From Anaeramoeba ignava BMAN (lineage: Eukaryota; Protista; Anaeramoebae): DNA of 64,000 bases. This document shows positions 25,847 through 39,568 of the stretch, piece by piece. Made by a program: the position numbers and the translations under genes. Within the stretch, counting starts at the first letter, position 1; every line of letters starts with the position of its first letter. The stretch spans positions 567,857-631,856 of the forward strand of contig JAPDFW010000055.1 of the NCBI GenBank assembly GCA_028826165.1. Direction: 5' to 3'. Under the pieces are notes generated by a model that searched no databases, was not told where the DNA came from, and saw only the letters and a program-made list of their open reading frames with translations.

Positions 25847-28800
25847 TTAATTCTTCAAATCTTCATCCATATCTTTTCCTTGATTATCTTTTCCTTGATT
25901 ATCTTTTCCTTGATTATCTTTTCCTTGATTATCTTTTCCTTGATTATCATTATCATTATCATCATTATTATCATTATCATCATCGGAATCAACAACAATT
26001 TCAAAAGGATATTCTTGATCACAACCAATATAAGAATCACACATCAAATACAAAACAAGATGATAAGAACCAGGAATTTGAGGAGCAGGAAACTCCAAAG
26101 AAACATTATTTGACCTGAGAATATTTACACTCTTGATTGAAAGCAGGGAATCTTGGTGAGGATTTGCAACAACAAGCCACCAATTCTCCGACTTATTTTC
26201 AGGATAAAAAGGAGCAAAAACAAAGGAAAGTTGGTCGTCATCATCGATATCTCTTTCGAGTTTGACATCGATATTAATAGGATGAGAAACAGGAACATTT
26301 TTGGAAGAAAGAGAGAACTCAAGGAATATCGACGGGTATCTATTGCAAGCAAGTGCGAGGGAGTTCATTTGGTGCTGAGGAAGTTGGAGAAGATCCGAGC
26401 GCGAATCGTCCTCCATATCAAGCAGATCAAAAACTGTTTGGATGCTTTGCGAGTTGCATCGGGAAACAAGGGAGTCTGAGATGTGAGGGAGTTGTTTGAG
26501 AACGGAATCGGTTGCGAATAGGGCTTGCACACACATCTGGCACAGCTCCATGGCGGTTAGAGCTGGTTTGAGGAAACCAAGTGTGCTTATTACGTTGACC
26601 ATTGCGTGAAGTAATCTTGTGGCAATCACAAGGATTTGGTCGAGATCATGCTGGAGAATTGGCGGGAGCGGGATGCGTGCGAAGTGGGATTGCAGGAGAA
26701 GATTGGTTTTTGTGTGCGAATCGGAGAGATTGGCCGTGTCGTTAGGATCGACCACGGTGATGGGAACATGTCGAGCCAATGTGCGCAGAAGTTTGTGCTC
26801 CTTGTGGCGCACGGGGAAGTCGTCGAATTCGGTGGATGCTGAGAGGATCTCGAGGATGCCTTTGAGTCGCGAAGTGTTTGTTATTGAATTTGCAAAAAGT
26901 TCTATTGTGGTGTATTTTGTATTATAATAAGCAGCAACCATTCCGAGATTCAACGGATAAATTCCCATTTCGGGTTCAATTCGGATGCAATGAGCGGTTT
27001 CTAGATCGTTCAATGCGCGCTCGATCAGCTCGCTTAGATGGTCGGAAATGCTCTGCGGAGAAAGCTGGCGCAGAGAGTAGTAATTCGGATTCTTTGTGAG
27101 TCGATTGTAGTAAAATGTCCATGTCAGAAAATCAACTGCTTCTTGATGATTTTCAACCGTTTTGGAAACTATCTCCGCATTCAGAAAATCAGGGAGAAAA
27201 TGATCCAAATGAGACTCAATAGGAAAAGCATCGTGAAGAAATGTTTTGAAATAGTTCTTTTTCGCAGTGTGGCACATTAGAATGCATTTCGATTCAGAAT
27301 CCACAAGCGGTCGGCATGCTCTTCCTGTCATTTGCGCTACCGTGCTGATATTCAGATCCACATGCGCTTGATCCCGTGCGTCCCAGCGCTGCGCACCGTA
27401 GATCACAACGAGATAACTTGACAGATTGATGTCCCAACACAATGCTTGATCCACAACAATTAAACGGATTTTTTCTGCACGGAATAAATTTTCAACGTGC
27501 TTCCGATATTGATTTTCCATTCCTGAATATATATATCCTATTCCTGCATTTAAACATGTCGATAAATTTTCATCCAAAATTCCTTCCGTTAATTCGGATA
27601 TTTTTGACAGGATGAATTTATTTGATTCCTTTTCTCCAATTGATAAAGATGCGTAATCCAAAGCGATTGTTTTTGCATATGTTGCAGAAGGCGCAAATAC
27701 GATTGCGGGTCGAACAATTTGCTGCGAATCACCAACACAATGCGCGATAATTGCACGGAAAGAGGGTCGAAGCATTGCGCTCATTCTCGGGCTGAAGTGT
27801 GGGATGTCGAATCCTTGGATATGTATTTCCAGAGGCACAGGTCTGACGTCTGGACGGAAACAGAACATAGCGGAACGCGGAACATCGAGCCATTCTCCCA
27901 TGTCCCTTGCATTCTCCACTGCAGCGCTGAGTCCCACAACCCGAAGAGCGCGTTGTGTCTGTGCGCCCATGCATCGCATACGCGAAACAACAACCTCCAT
28001 AACTGCTCCATTCTCGCTCCCTAATAAATGCAGTTCGTCTGCGATGAAAAGATCGATTTTCTTGATCGATCTCCGTGTTTTCCATCGTCGAGACACAGTG
28101 TCGAACTGGCCTGGTGTCGCAAGCACTAATTGCGATTTCTCCATTAGTTTGAGATCCGCGCTGAGCTCTCCAGTGAGCCGAGCGACAACTGAGTTGTGAA
28201 CTTCCGAGAATCGCCGCGCCCAATCCGCGAATCTCTCGTCCACAAGTGATTTAAATGGCGCGATATACACGCATTTTCCTTTCCCGCGTGTGTTGAGTAA
28301 AGTCCGTAAAACGGCGAATTCTGCGCATATTGTTTTCCCGCTTCCTGGTGGAGCTGCGATTAGTGTATTGGAGTCTGTGTTGAAGAGCGTGTTGAATGTT
28401 TGTGTCTGAATTGGGTTGAAATGCGAAAATTGTGCGAAAAATTTTTTAAAGTTGAAGTTTTGTTTCAAATTCTTTTTTAAATTCTTTTCATTTCCTTCCA
28501 TTTCCATCTCTTTTTCATCTCCTCCCAAATTAGGTCCACGAATACCCTCAACTGGCAAAGGTTGCAAATCCAAAAGTTCAGTAAAAGCACTTGGTTTCTG
28601 AGGCAAAATCAAGTTTCGGAACGAGATTGGCAATGTTGTGTTTGATCCGATCCATCGATCCGAATCCATAAAGATAAAATACTGAGGAGGTAAAGGTTGT
28701 TCAATGGGAACCATAAAATTGACAACATGCTCGCGATTTGCGAACCGTTTCTTCAGAAGAAAATATTCGTAATGAAGTAAATGCTCGCCGTCTGCATCAA

Positions 28801-31800
28801 ATACAAAGATCCAGAACGGCTCAGAACTTCCTGAATAATTTGGGTCTTTTGAATCCGCAAATTTGAAATCAGGCGTGATTGAAAGCTCGACATAGATCAG
28901 ATTATGCGTAATTGGCTGCACATTTGACTCGAGAAAAACTCGTGGGATTTGATGAATTAATTTATGCAAAATTTTCCCCATTTTCTCAAATCTCAGCATT
29001 TTCCCAATTTCTCTTGAATCTAATAAAAGCATCGATTCCCATGAAAGTTCGTTCTTTTCGATTCTTTTGATAACTTCGGCTGGCAGCTTGCTAAACTGTC
29101 TTAATGGCGACTGAGAAATCCACATTCTCTTGTCAACCATCTTGCATGTTTCCAGCGCGATTCGTGATAATTCAGCCCATCCTCGACGAACTGCAATCTC
29201 AAAAAGAGCGCGAAAAATTCTAAGTGCGCTTTGTGTGATATAAACCATATCCGAAAGCAAAGAAAACCCATCCAATTTAAGACGTGAAATATACGACTGA
29301 AGAAGTACGTTGATTTTTGCTGAAGGATCCTCAGTTGTTTCCTTAACAGGGATGGGAACTCTTTCAAGGAGTTTTTGCAGTTCAATTTTTTCTTCCGATC
29401 TTACAATGACATTTTTAAATTCAGATGATAATGTGAATAATCGGAAGAGTTCGATTTTTGTCATATAAGGTTTGAGAAATTCATTATAAACTGCGATTGA
29501 ATTGTGTGTGATATAATAATAACTTGCAACTCTTCCTAAAACTGTTGAATGAAATGCTCCTGTTCTTCTATCGTATTTTACAAGCTTGTTTTTGTCAAGT
29601 ATTGTTGCTGATGTGTGTATTAAATCGATTCTTCTTTGCAAGAGTTTTGGATCTGAAGATATTTCATCATCTGGAATTCCGTAGAGTTTAGGGTTTTGGA
29701 GCATTCTGATATAAAGATATGAATTTCCGAGCCATTCCACACCATCTATTTAATTTTAATTTTATAAATGAATTTTATAAATGAATTTTAATTTTAATTT
29801 TAATTTTATAAATGAATTTTATATTTAATTTTAATTTTAATTTTATATTTAATTTTAATTTTAATTTTATAAATGAATTTTAATTTTAATTTTAATTTTA
29901 ATTTTAATTTTATAAATGAATTTTAATTTTAATTTTATAAATGAATTTTATAAATGAATTTTAATTTTAATTTTATAAATGAATTTTATAAATGAATTTT
30001 AATTTTTATATTAATTTTAATTTTTTACCATCAATATTATTTATAGTTCCAAGAACAATTTCAGCATTTAAACAATCTACAATTCTTGAAATTAATTGAC
30101 TTTCAATAGGTAATTGATGATTAAACAAAGAGAGATAAAACTAATTTAAATTAAAATTAAATATAAAATTAAATTATTTAAAAATTATATTAAATTAAAA
30201 CTAAATTTTTTAAAAATTATATTATTTAAAAATTATATTATTTAAAAATTATATTATTTAAAAATTAAATTATTTAAAAATTATATCATTTAAAAATTAT
30301 ATTATTTAAAAATTATATTATTTAAAAATTATATTAAATTAAAATTAAATTTTTTAAAAATTATATTTTTTAAAAATTATATTATTTAAAAATATTTTTT
30401 AAAAATTATATACTTGAAGTTCTTGATGAGATGTAATTATAATTCCTTCTCCTTCCTTATCAAATTGGGGTCTTCCAGCTCTCCCCATTTGTTGCATAAC
30501 ATCCAACATACTCAACTCAACCCAAGCACCTTTTTCAGGATTATAATATTGAGTTCCTTTAATAATAACTGTTCTAGCAGGTAAATTAACACCCCAAGCC
30601 AGAGTAGCTGTTGAGCAAAGAACCTTGATTTGGCGATCACTAAACAAATCCTCAACTAAACTTCTATCAGTTTTAGTGAGTCCAGCATGATGAATAGCAA
30701 ATCCATTTGGTAAAAATGATTTCAAATCAGGATCTTTGCAATTTTGTGATTCTGTTTTTAAAATTTCTTTTGTGACTCGATCTCTTCCAATAAATTTTGT
30801 AATCATATTATTTTCAATCACTAAATCTAATAAAGCTCGAATTGTTTTTGCTGTTTCTTTTCGAGAATGAACAAATATTAGTATTTGATGATCTGATGAT
30901 GCTCTTTCAATCACTTTCTCATAAACTATTTGATTCATTAAATTATATCTTTTTAATGCGTTTTTTTCTGTTATTCCAATGTATCGTTGATATAATGGAC
31001 ATGGTCGTTGGCTGTTATCAAAATGAAATAATCCTTTTTCTGGATCTACTCGAAGAAATGAAGCAACATCTTTATAATTTGGTAATGTTGCTGAAAGTCC
31101 AACTATTCGGATCATTTCTTGTGTTGATTCTACTTGTTGTATTGTTCTACTTACAATTGCTTCAAGAACTATTTTTAATATCAAAATATTTTAAATTTTA
31201 TAAATTAATTTTAATTTTCAAAATGAATTATTTTAATTTTAATTTTAATTTTAATTTTAATATTAATTTTATAAATGAATTTTAATTTTAATTTATAATT
31301 TTAAATATAATTTTAATTTTATAAATGAATTTTAATTTTAATTTTAATTTTAATTTTAATTTTGATTATAATTTTATAAATGAATTTTAATTTTAATTTT
31401 AATTTTAATTTTAATTTTAATATTAATATTAATTTTAATTTTTAATTTTAATTTTAATTTTATAAATGAATTTTAATTTTATAAATGAATTTTAATTTTA
31501 ATAAATGAATTTTAATTTTAATTTTAATTTTAATTTTAATTTTGATTATAATTTTAATTTTAATTTTAATTTTAATTTTAATTTTAATTTTAATTTTAAT
31601 TTTAATTTTAATTTTAATTTTAATTTTAAATTTTAATTTATAATTTTAATTTTAATTTTAATTTTAATTTTAATTTTAATTTTATAAATGAATTTTAATT
31701 TTATAAATGAATTTTAATTTTTGATTAATAAATACCTGGACCTCGATCATCATGTAAAAGATGTATTTCATCAATAATAATCAATCTAACAATTTGTGTA

Positions 31801-34800
31801 TATGCTCTTTCTCCAGATTTTCTTGTAATAATATCCCATTTTTCTGGAGTAGTAACAATTAATTGAGTTTCAGAAATTTGTTGTTTTGAAAGTTGTTGAT
31901 CTCCACTTAATTCTCTAACTTGAATACCATATCCCTTTAATCTATTAGAAAAACTTCCAACTACTTCTTGTACTAATGATTTCATTGGCGCAATATAGAT
32001 TATTTTAAAACTATCATAATCAATTTCTTTAGTTTCCTAAAATTTCAAAAAAAATTTTTTTAATTTAAATATCAAAAAATTTTTCATATTCATTTATAGT
32101 GTTGATTTTTACATGATTTGTATGTAATCCAATTTCTCGTAAAATTGTTAACATTGCAATATTTGTTTTACCAGATCCTGTTGGAGCACAAATTAAAAGA
32201 TTATCTGGTTGAAATAAAGCTTGATGATAAACAACAGATTGAACTGGATTTAAATGTTTTAATTTTTCAAAAGGAAGTCTTGCAAATTCTGGAAGATCTT
32301 TAATATAAATTATTTTAGCATCTTTTCTTTGATTATTTAGAGGAGGTCTAATAAAAATTTCTTCATAACCCTTTTTTAATTTTCAAAATGAATTTTAATT
32401 TTAATTTTAATTTTTCAAAATGAATTATAATTTTAATTTTAATTTTCAAAATGAATTTTAATTTTAATTTTAATTTTTAATTTTATAAATGAATTTTAAT
32501 TTTAATTTTAATTTTAATTTTCAAAATGAATTTTAATTTTAATTTTCAAAATGAATTTTAATTTTAATTTTAATTTTAATTTTAATTTTAATTTTAATTT
32601 TAATTTTAATTTTAATTTTAATTTTAATTTTAATTTTAATTTTAATTATAATTTTAATTTTCAAAATGAATTATAATTTTGATTTTAATTTTGATTTTAA
32701 TTTTCAAAATGAATTATAATTTTGATTTTAATTTTAATTTTGATTTTAATTTTAATTTTAATTTTAATTTTAATTTTAATTTTAATTTTAAATTTTAATT
32801 TTAATTTTCAAAATGAATTATAATTTTGATTTTGATTTTAATTTTAATTTTGATTTTGTTTAAATTTACCTTCTTTTTCTCTCTTGTTGAATTGGGTGGA
32901 AGAGTACATTCAGAATTCGCCATAAAATGACTTCCTTGTTCAAATACTAAATTTTGAAGATCTAAAAATGTTCTTCCATAAACTCCTTTTTCTGATTGAA
33001 CTAAATCCATTCTTGATGTAATTCTATTCAATTCATTTGATGTTGTTTCATTTGTATTTGAAGTTAATGAAACATCCCTTTCAATTTCTACTAATGCTTC
33101 AGAAAACTCCTTTTTTTGAGATAATTCGGTCTTTAAAATTTGTCTTTGTTCTTCATCTTTTGTTCTTGCCAATAAAATACAAACAATAACTTTTTTTATT
33201 ATTTTTTTTTAAAAAGAAAATTTTTTTCCAATTTTAAAAATTTTTTTTTCCGATTTTTAAATTTTTAAATCAATTTTTTTTTCAATTACTTTTAAATCTA
33301 TTTTTCAATAAAATTTTAATAAACTCAAATCTTTCAAAATCAAGAAGAGAAACTAATCTATTTTTTGTTTTAAATTAAATCAAAAAAAAAAATAATAATA
33401 AAATTTTTTGTTGATTATAAATATTTCTTTGTTTAAATAATAAATTATCATAATTTAATTTGAAAATAATTCTTACTTATTTTCACATTCACGATTATCA
33501 TAATTAATATCATTTAAAATTTTAAAAACTTCTTCAGAAATTTGTTGAGCAATAACATCATCTGAGAAAAATGTTTTAAGTTTTCTAAGAAGCCAAAAAG
33601 CATCAATTTCAAGAGCAGATACTTTAAGAGGATCATCTCTTTCATAATCTTGAAAAAACTCATCATCTTCAATATCTTTTCTCTTTTTAAATTTTTAAAT
33701 TTTTTAATTTTTAAATTTTTAAAATGAAAAATATTTTTTTCTGATTTTAATTACTTTTTGTGCAAGTGGATCAAGAAATGTATCTTCTCCATCAATATCA
33801 GAATCTCTTTCTTCTTCAGAAGAAATAATTTCATCATTTAAATCAACATTTTCATCTTCACTTGAATCAGAAATTTCTAAAGGAACTCCAATTGTATCAA
33901 TTTGATCATCTAAAAATGAAAAATTCAATATAATTATAAATATAAATATAAATATAAATATTTAAATAAATATAAATATTTAAATAAATATAAATATAAA
34001 TATAAATATTTAAATAAATATAAATATTTAAATAAATATAAATATTTAAATAAATATAAATATTTAAATAAATATAAATATTTAAATAAATATAAATATT
34101 TAAATAAATATAAATATTTAAATAAATATAAATATAAATATTTAAATAAATATAAATATAAATATTTAAATAAATATAAATATAAATATTTAAATAAATA
34201 TAAATATAAATATTTAAATAAATATAAATATAAATATAAATATAAATATAAATATTTAAATAAATATAAATATAAATATAATTATAAATATAAATATAAA
34301 TATTTAAATAAATATAAATATAAATATTTAAATAAATATAAATATAAATATTTAAATAAATATAAATATAAATATAAATATAAATATTTAAATAAATATA
34401 AATATAAATATAAATATAAATATAAATATAAATATTTAAATAAATATAAATATTTAAATAAATATAAATATAAATATTTAAATAAATATAAATATAAATA
34501 TTTAAATAAATATAAATATAAATATAAATATAAATATTTAAAATTTATTATTAATTATTAATATTTATTATTATTTACCTTTTTTATAAACTTGTTCTTC
34601 AAAAGTAAAATCAATTAAATTTTTCGAAATTGAAGTAAGTAATCCAATTTCTTCATCAGAAAAATCTGGAATTAATTCATTTAATCCATTTTTACGTTGT
34701 AATTCCTTTTAATAATAAAAAAAATAGAAAAGAAAATTTTGTTCAATTAAAATGTTTTGAAATTTTTAAAATCGGAAAAAAATTTTTTCTTTTTTTTCAA

Positions 34801-36474
34801 ATTACTGCAAATTCAGGATTTTTTAAAATTAATAAAATATCATGTGCACTTCTTTTTATAACATCATCAGGTACATCAGTTAAATGTTTTGAGATAATAG
34901 CAAGCATTTTTTCATATTCAATTTCTGTTTCACGAGTTTTTGGATAATAAATTGTTACATCTTTTTCAAGTGAAATTATATTTCCTCCAAACTAATTTGA
35001 ATTTTTATATAATATTAAGAAATAAATAATATAAATTTAGCAAATAAAAAATTTGAAGAATAAAAGAAAAATGATGATATTAATACGCGAATTGAAAGTT
35101 CTCTTTCTTTTTTCTTTCTTTGTTCTCTCCTAAAAAAAAAGTGAATTAAGAAATTGTTTTTAATTTTAATTTTAATTTTATAAATGAATATTAATTTTAA
35201 TTTTAATTTTATAAATGAATTTTAATTTTAATTTTAATTTTAATTTTAATTTTAATTTTAATTTTAATTTTTTTACTTTTTTCGAATTTGATCAATTTTT
35301 TCCTTTAATTGTTGTGGTTTTGTTTGTTGGTGTTTAGTTCCAAATCCAGTTAATGGACCATCAAATCCAACAGCCATTCCTGATGGTTCATCACTTCTTG
35401 GTGGTCTTCTTTCAGGTTGCAGAACTAAATTTGCGTTCTAATAATTTTAATTTTAATTTTAATTTTAATTTTAATTTTAATTTTAATTTTAATTTTAATT
35501 TTAATTTTAATTTTTAATTTTAATTTTAATTTTAAATTTAATTTTAATTTTAATTTTAATTTTATTTTTAATTTTAATTTTAATTTTAATTTTATAAATG
35601 AATTTTGATTTTAATTTTATATTTAATTTTAATTTTAATTTTAATTTTAATTTTAATTTTAATATTGAATTTTAATTTTAATTTTAATTTTAATTTTAAT
35701 TTTAATTTTAATTTTAAATTTAATTTTAATTTTAATTTTAATTTTAATTTTAATTTTAATTTTAATTTTAATTTTAATATTAATTTTAATATTAATTTTA
35801 ATTTTAATTTTAATTTTAATTTAATTTTAATTTTTAATTTTAATTTTAATTTTAATTTTTAATTTTAATTTTAATTTTAATTTTAATTTTAATTTTAATT
35901 TTAATTTTAATTTTTATTTTTTTAATTTTAATTTTTAATTTTAATTTTTAATTTTTAATTTTAATTTTAATTTTAATTTTTAATTTTAATTTTAATTTTA
36001 ATTTTAATTTTAATTTTAATTTTAATTTTTAATTTTAATTTTAATTTTAATTTTAATTTTAATTTTAATTTTTAATTTTAATTTTAATTTTAATTTTAAT
36101 TTTAATTTTAATTTTAATTTTTAATTTTATTTTAAAAATTTTTTAATTTTAATTTTAAATTTATTTTTTAATTTTAATTAAAAATTAATAGAAAAATGAA
36201 AAATTTTAATTTTATATTTAATTTTAATTTTAATTTTTTAATTTTTAATTTTAATTTTAATTTTTCTTTTTTTCCAAATAATAATTTTAAATTTTAATTT
36301 CAAAAATGAGTTATTTTAATTTTAATTATAATTTTAATTTTAATTTTAATTTAAAAATTGTGTTCAAAAATCGTCAAATGAAAATGAAACTTTTATAATT
36401 TTGAATAGAAAACAAAGAAAATTAATTTATGTTTTTGTCTGTATTCATAAAAATTTCCATCATTGCATAACCAT
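25847..36474 (-). CDS. SNRNP200: U5 snRNP 200 kDa helicase Brr2, about 14 exons; exon 1 garbled
   Basis: YEYRQ|[88 protein letters not shown], Sec63 units, second cassette ([15 protein letters not shown]), C-terminal [10 protein letters not shown]. Downstream junctions read as GT-AG. Confidence 0.96.
33935..34540. repeat. Intronic (AAATAT)n / TTTAAATAAATATAAATA array
   Basis: Visible tandem array in a Brr2 intron. Confidence 0.9.
35440..36350. repeat. Intronic (TTTTAA)n tract in Brr2 intron 1
   Basis: Visible tandem hexamers. Confidence 0.9.
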
Positions 36475-36711
36475 TTTAAAAATTATTTAAAAAGAATTAT
36501 AAAAGAAATTGATTTTAATAATAATTAATTAAAAATAAAATTTTAAATAATTTTATAAATAAAAAAATGAAAAATTAATAAAAATTTACATATTTTTTAA
36601 TAAAAATTAGTAATTTAAAAATAATTTTTACTAATTTAATTAATTTTTTTTTATTTTATTTTTTCATTTTTCTTCTTTTCCAAATAATTAAAACAAATAA
36701 TTTTTAAATAA

Positions 36712-39266
36712 ATGAAACCAATACAAAGAGTTATTATTATTGGATTTACACCTGAAACAGGAAATAAAATTGAATATTCTTATCCAAATTTAAATGAAAA
36801 TCAAAAATCAAAAAAAAATGCATCAAATGAAAAATGGGTGAAACTTTTATGTCTTTTTTTAACTTCCAATTAGAAAACAAACTGAAAAAAGAAATTATGT
36901 TTTTTTTTCAATTCCTCAACTTCCTTCTTCTTCTCAAAAAAATATGTTACATTGCATTTCTTTATTTCAATCTATTCAAAATGAAGTAAATTTTATAATT
37001 AATTTTATAAATAATTTTATATTTAATTTTATATATAAATTTATATTTAATTTTATATTTAATTTTATATTTAATTTTATATTTAATTTTATAAATAATT
37101 TTATATTTAATTTTATATTTAATTTTATATTTAATTTTATAAATAATTTTATAAATAATTTTATATTTAATTTTATATTTAATTTTATAAATAATTTTAT
37201 AAATAATTTTATAAATAATTTTATAAATAATTTTATAAATAATTTTATAAATAATTTTATATTTAATTTTATAAATAATTTTATAAATAATTTTATAAAT
37301 AATTTTATAAATAATTTTATATTTAATTTTATAAAAAAATTAATAAAAGAATTTGGCTAAAAAAGAAAATTCAATTCTTCCAAAAAAAGCTATTTGTGTT
37401 TTATCAAACTTCCCCTTTTATGGTTCAATTAAATCCAAATTGGAAACTTTAACTCGTGGTTGGTCAAAAGAACAAGATTTTGCAAATCATCAATTTATTC
37501 AATCAGTTTATGAAACACTAAATAATACTTATTCAATTCCTCAAGAATCAAAAGAATTTAATAATTTTATTTATCAAGGTTTTTCTCCAAAGATTTTATT
37601 TAGAATTTTTGGAAGAGGTGTTCTTGTTATTATTAAAGCAATTTTATTGGAAAAAAAGATTATTTTATTTCATAATTCTCCAAGTGTTGTTTCTTTTCTT
37701 TCTTTAGCTTTGATTTCTTTAATTCCTAGTTTATTAGAAACATTTATTCCAGAAAAAGAAAAAGATAATTTAAAAAATCAAAATCAAAATCAAGATAAAA
37801 ATCAAGATAAAAATAAAAATCAAATTCAAGATCAAAATCAAAATCAAAATCAAAATAAAAATCAAAATGAAGATCAAAATCAAAATGAAGATAAAAATCA
37901 AAATGAAGATAAAAATCAAATTGAAAATCAAAATCAAAATGAAGATAAAAATCAAAATCAAAATCAAGATAAAAATCAAAATCAAAATAAAAATCAAATT
38001 GAAGATAAAAATCAAAATCAAAATGAAGATAAAAATCAAAATGAAGATAAAAATCAAATTGAAGATAAAAATCAAAATCAAAATGAAGATAAAAATCAAA
38101 TTGAAGATAAAAATCAAATTGAAAATAAAAATCAAAATCAAGATAAAAATCAAAATCAAATTCAAAATCAAAATCAAATTCAAAATCAAGATAAAAATCA
38201 AGATAAAAATCAAATTCAAAACCAAAAAAAATCCAAAAATAAATTTTTAAAAGATTTTGGATTACCTTTATACATCTTTTCTGAAAATAACCCTTTCCAA
38301 CCCTTTCTTATTCACCATTTACTTAACTATTACGGTTCAAATAAATTTCATAAATTCTTTCTTGGAGTAATCAATCCTCTTTTTTTCACAGAAAAATTCT
38401 CATCAGATATAAAAATCAAAATTGACCAAAATTTAGAAGGAAATGTTTTGATAGAAAATAAAGATTTGAAAAAAATTCTCGCTTTAACTCAATCAGAAAA
38501 AAAATTTATTGACAACATCATTGAAACATTAAAAGCAAATAAAACTCAAGAGAATAATTGGATTGGAAGTGATGATTGGATTCGACAAAAATTTCATGGA
38601 TATTTCAAAAGATTTTTAAATGATTTTGCAACTCAAACTAATATTTCTAAATATAAAAATACAGCACAAAAAAAAGATGTTTGGAAAAAAATTTTATTGA
38701 AACCTCAAGAAATAAATTCAGATAATTCAAATTCTCAAATTGATTTAAACATTAGTGTTATTTCAAGATATAATACTCAATGGATTTTTAATTGGATGTT
38801 ATCAAATAATTTTCGAAATTGGATCAAAAAAATACCTGATGATATTGTTCCATTTATACAAGAAAAAAAAGAAATCCAGAATTTAATTAATCGAAGAGAT
38901 GTTGATATTTTTGGAGAAATTGAGGAACAATTATCTTGGTTTGGAAAGAAAGTTGGAGCAACTTTTTCATCTGTTTTTAAAAAAAAAGATAAAGATAATG
39001 AAAAAGAAAAAGAAAAAGAAAAAGATAATGAAAAAGATAAAGAAAAAGATAATGAAAAAGAAAAAGATAAAGAAAAAGATAATGAAAAAGATAAAGAAAA
39101 AGATCCTTTGAAAATTCGTCAACAAAAATTAATTATACAATTAATTAAATGTAAAGTTGATAAATCTATTGCTCAAAATGCTGTTGAAATTACAAATTCA
39201 AGTAATTTTGAAGATGTTCTTGATTGGATAATTGATCAAGAAATGATACAAGAAGGTTATATTTGA
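36712..39266 (+). CDS. AVL9/DENN-like trafficking protein with C-terminal UBA-like domain; intron 36986-37349; probable frameshift near 36860
   Basis: IIGF..E.G..IEY.YP, KAICVLSNFPFYG.I..KL..LT, IIKAILLEKKIILF, WIGSDDWIR..F..Y, W....NF..W. The tail QLIKCKVDKSIAQNAVEITNSSNFEDVLDWII is UBA-like. Confidence 0.8.
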
Positions 39267-39489
39267 AGTTTCTATTTTTTATTTTATTTCTATTTTAAAA
39301 CAATAAAAACCAAATTTTAAATCAATTTTTTCAATAAATATAAAAAAAAAATGGAATAAATAAATAATAGAAATAAATATTAGAAATAAATATTAAATTA
39401 AAAATTAAAATAAAAAATTAAAATAAAACAGTATTTAAAGATGTTTTAATTAAAAAAAAAGAAATAAAAAAATTTTTTTTAAATAAATT

Positions 39490-39502
39490 TTTTTCATTTT
39501 TT
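39490..39502 (+). promoter_or_regulatory. Initiator-like TTTTCATTTT upstream of rvt
   Basis: The host-type motif lies about 70 nt before ATG 39569. Confidence 0.4.
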
Positions 39503-39568
39503 TACTTTTATTAAAAAAAAAGCGAAAAAAAACTTAATTAAAAAATTAAATTTAAATTAAATTAAAAA

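Noticed and set aside
26125-28601. Overlapping and antisense ORFs within Brr2
   Set aside because: Expected by-product of the locally higher GC and lower stop density; no recognisable motifs.
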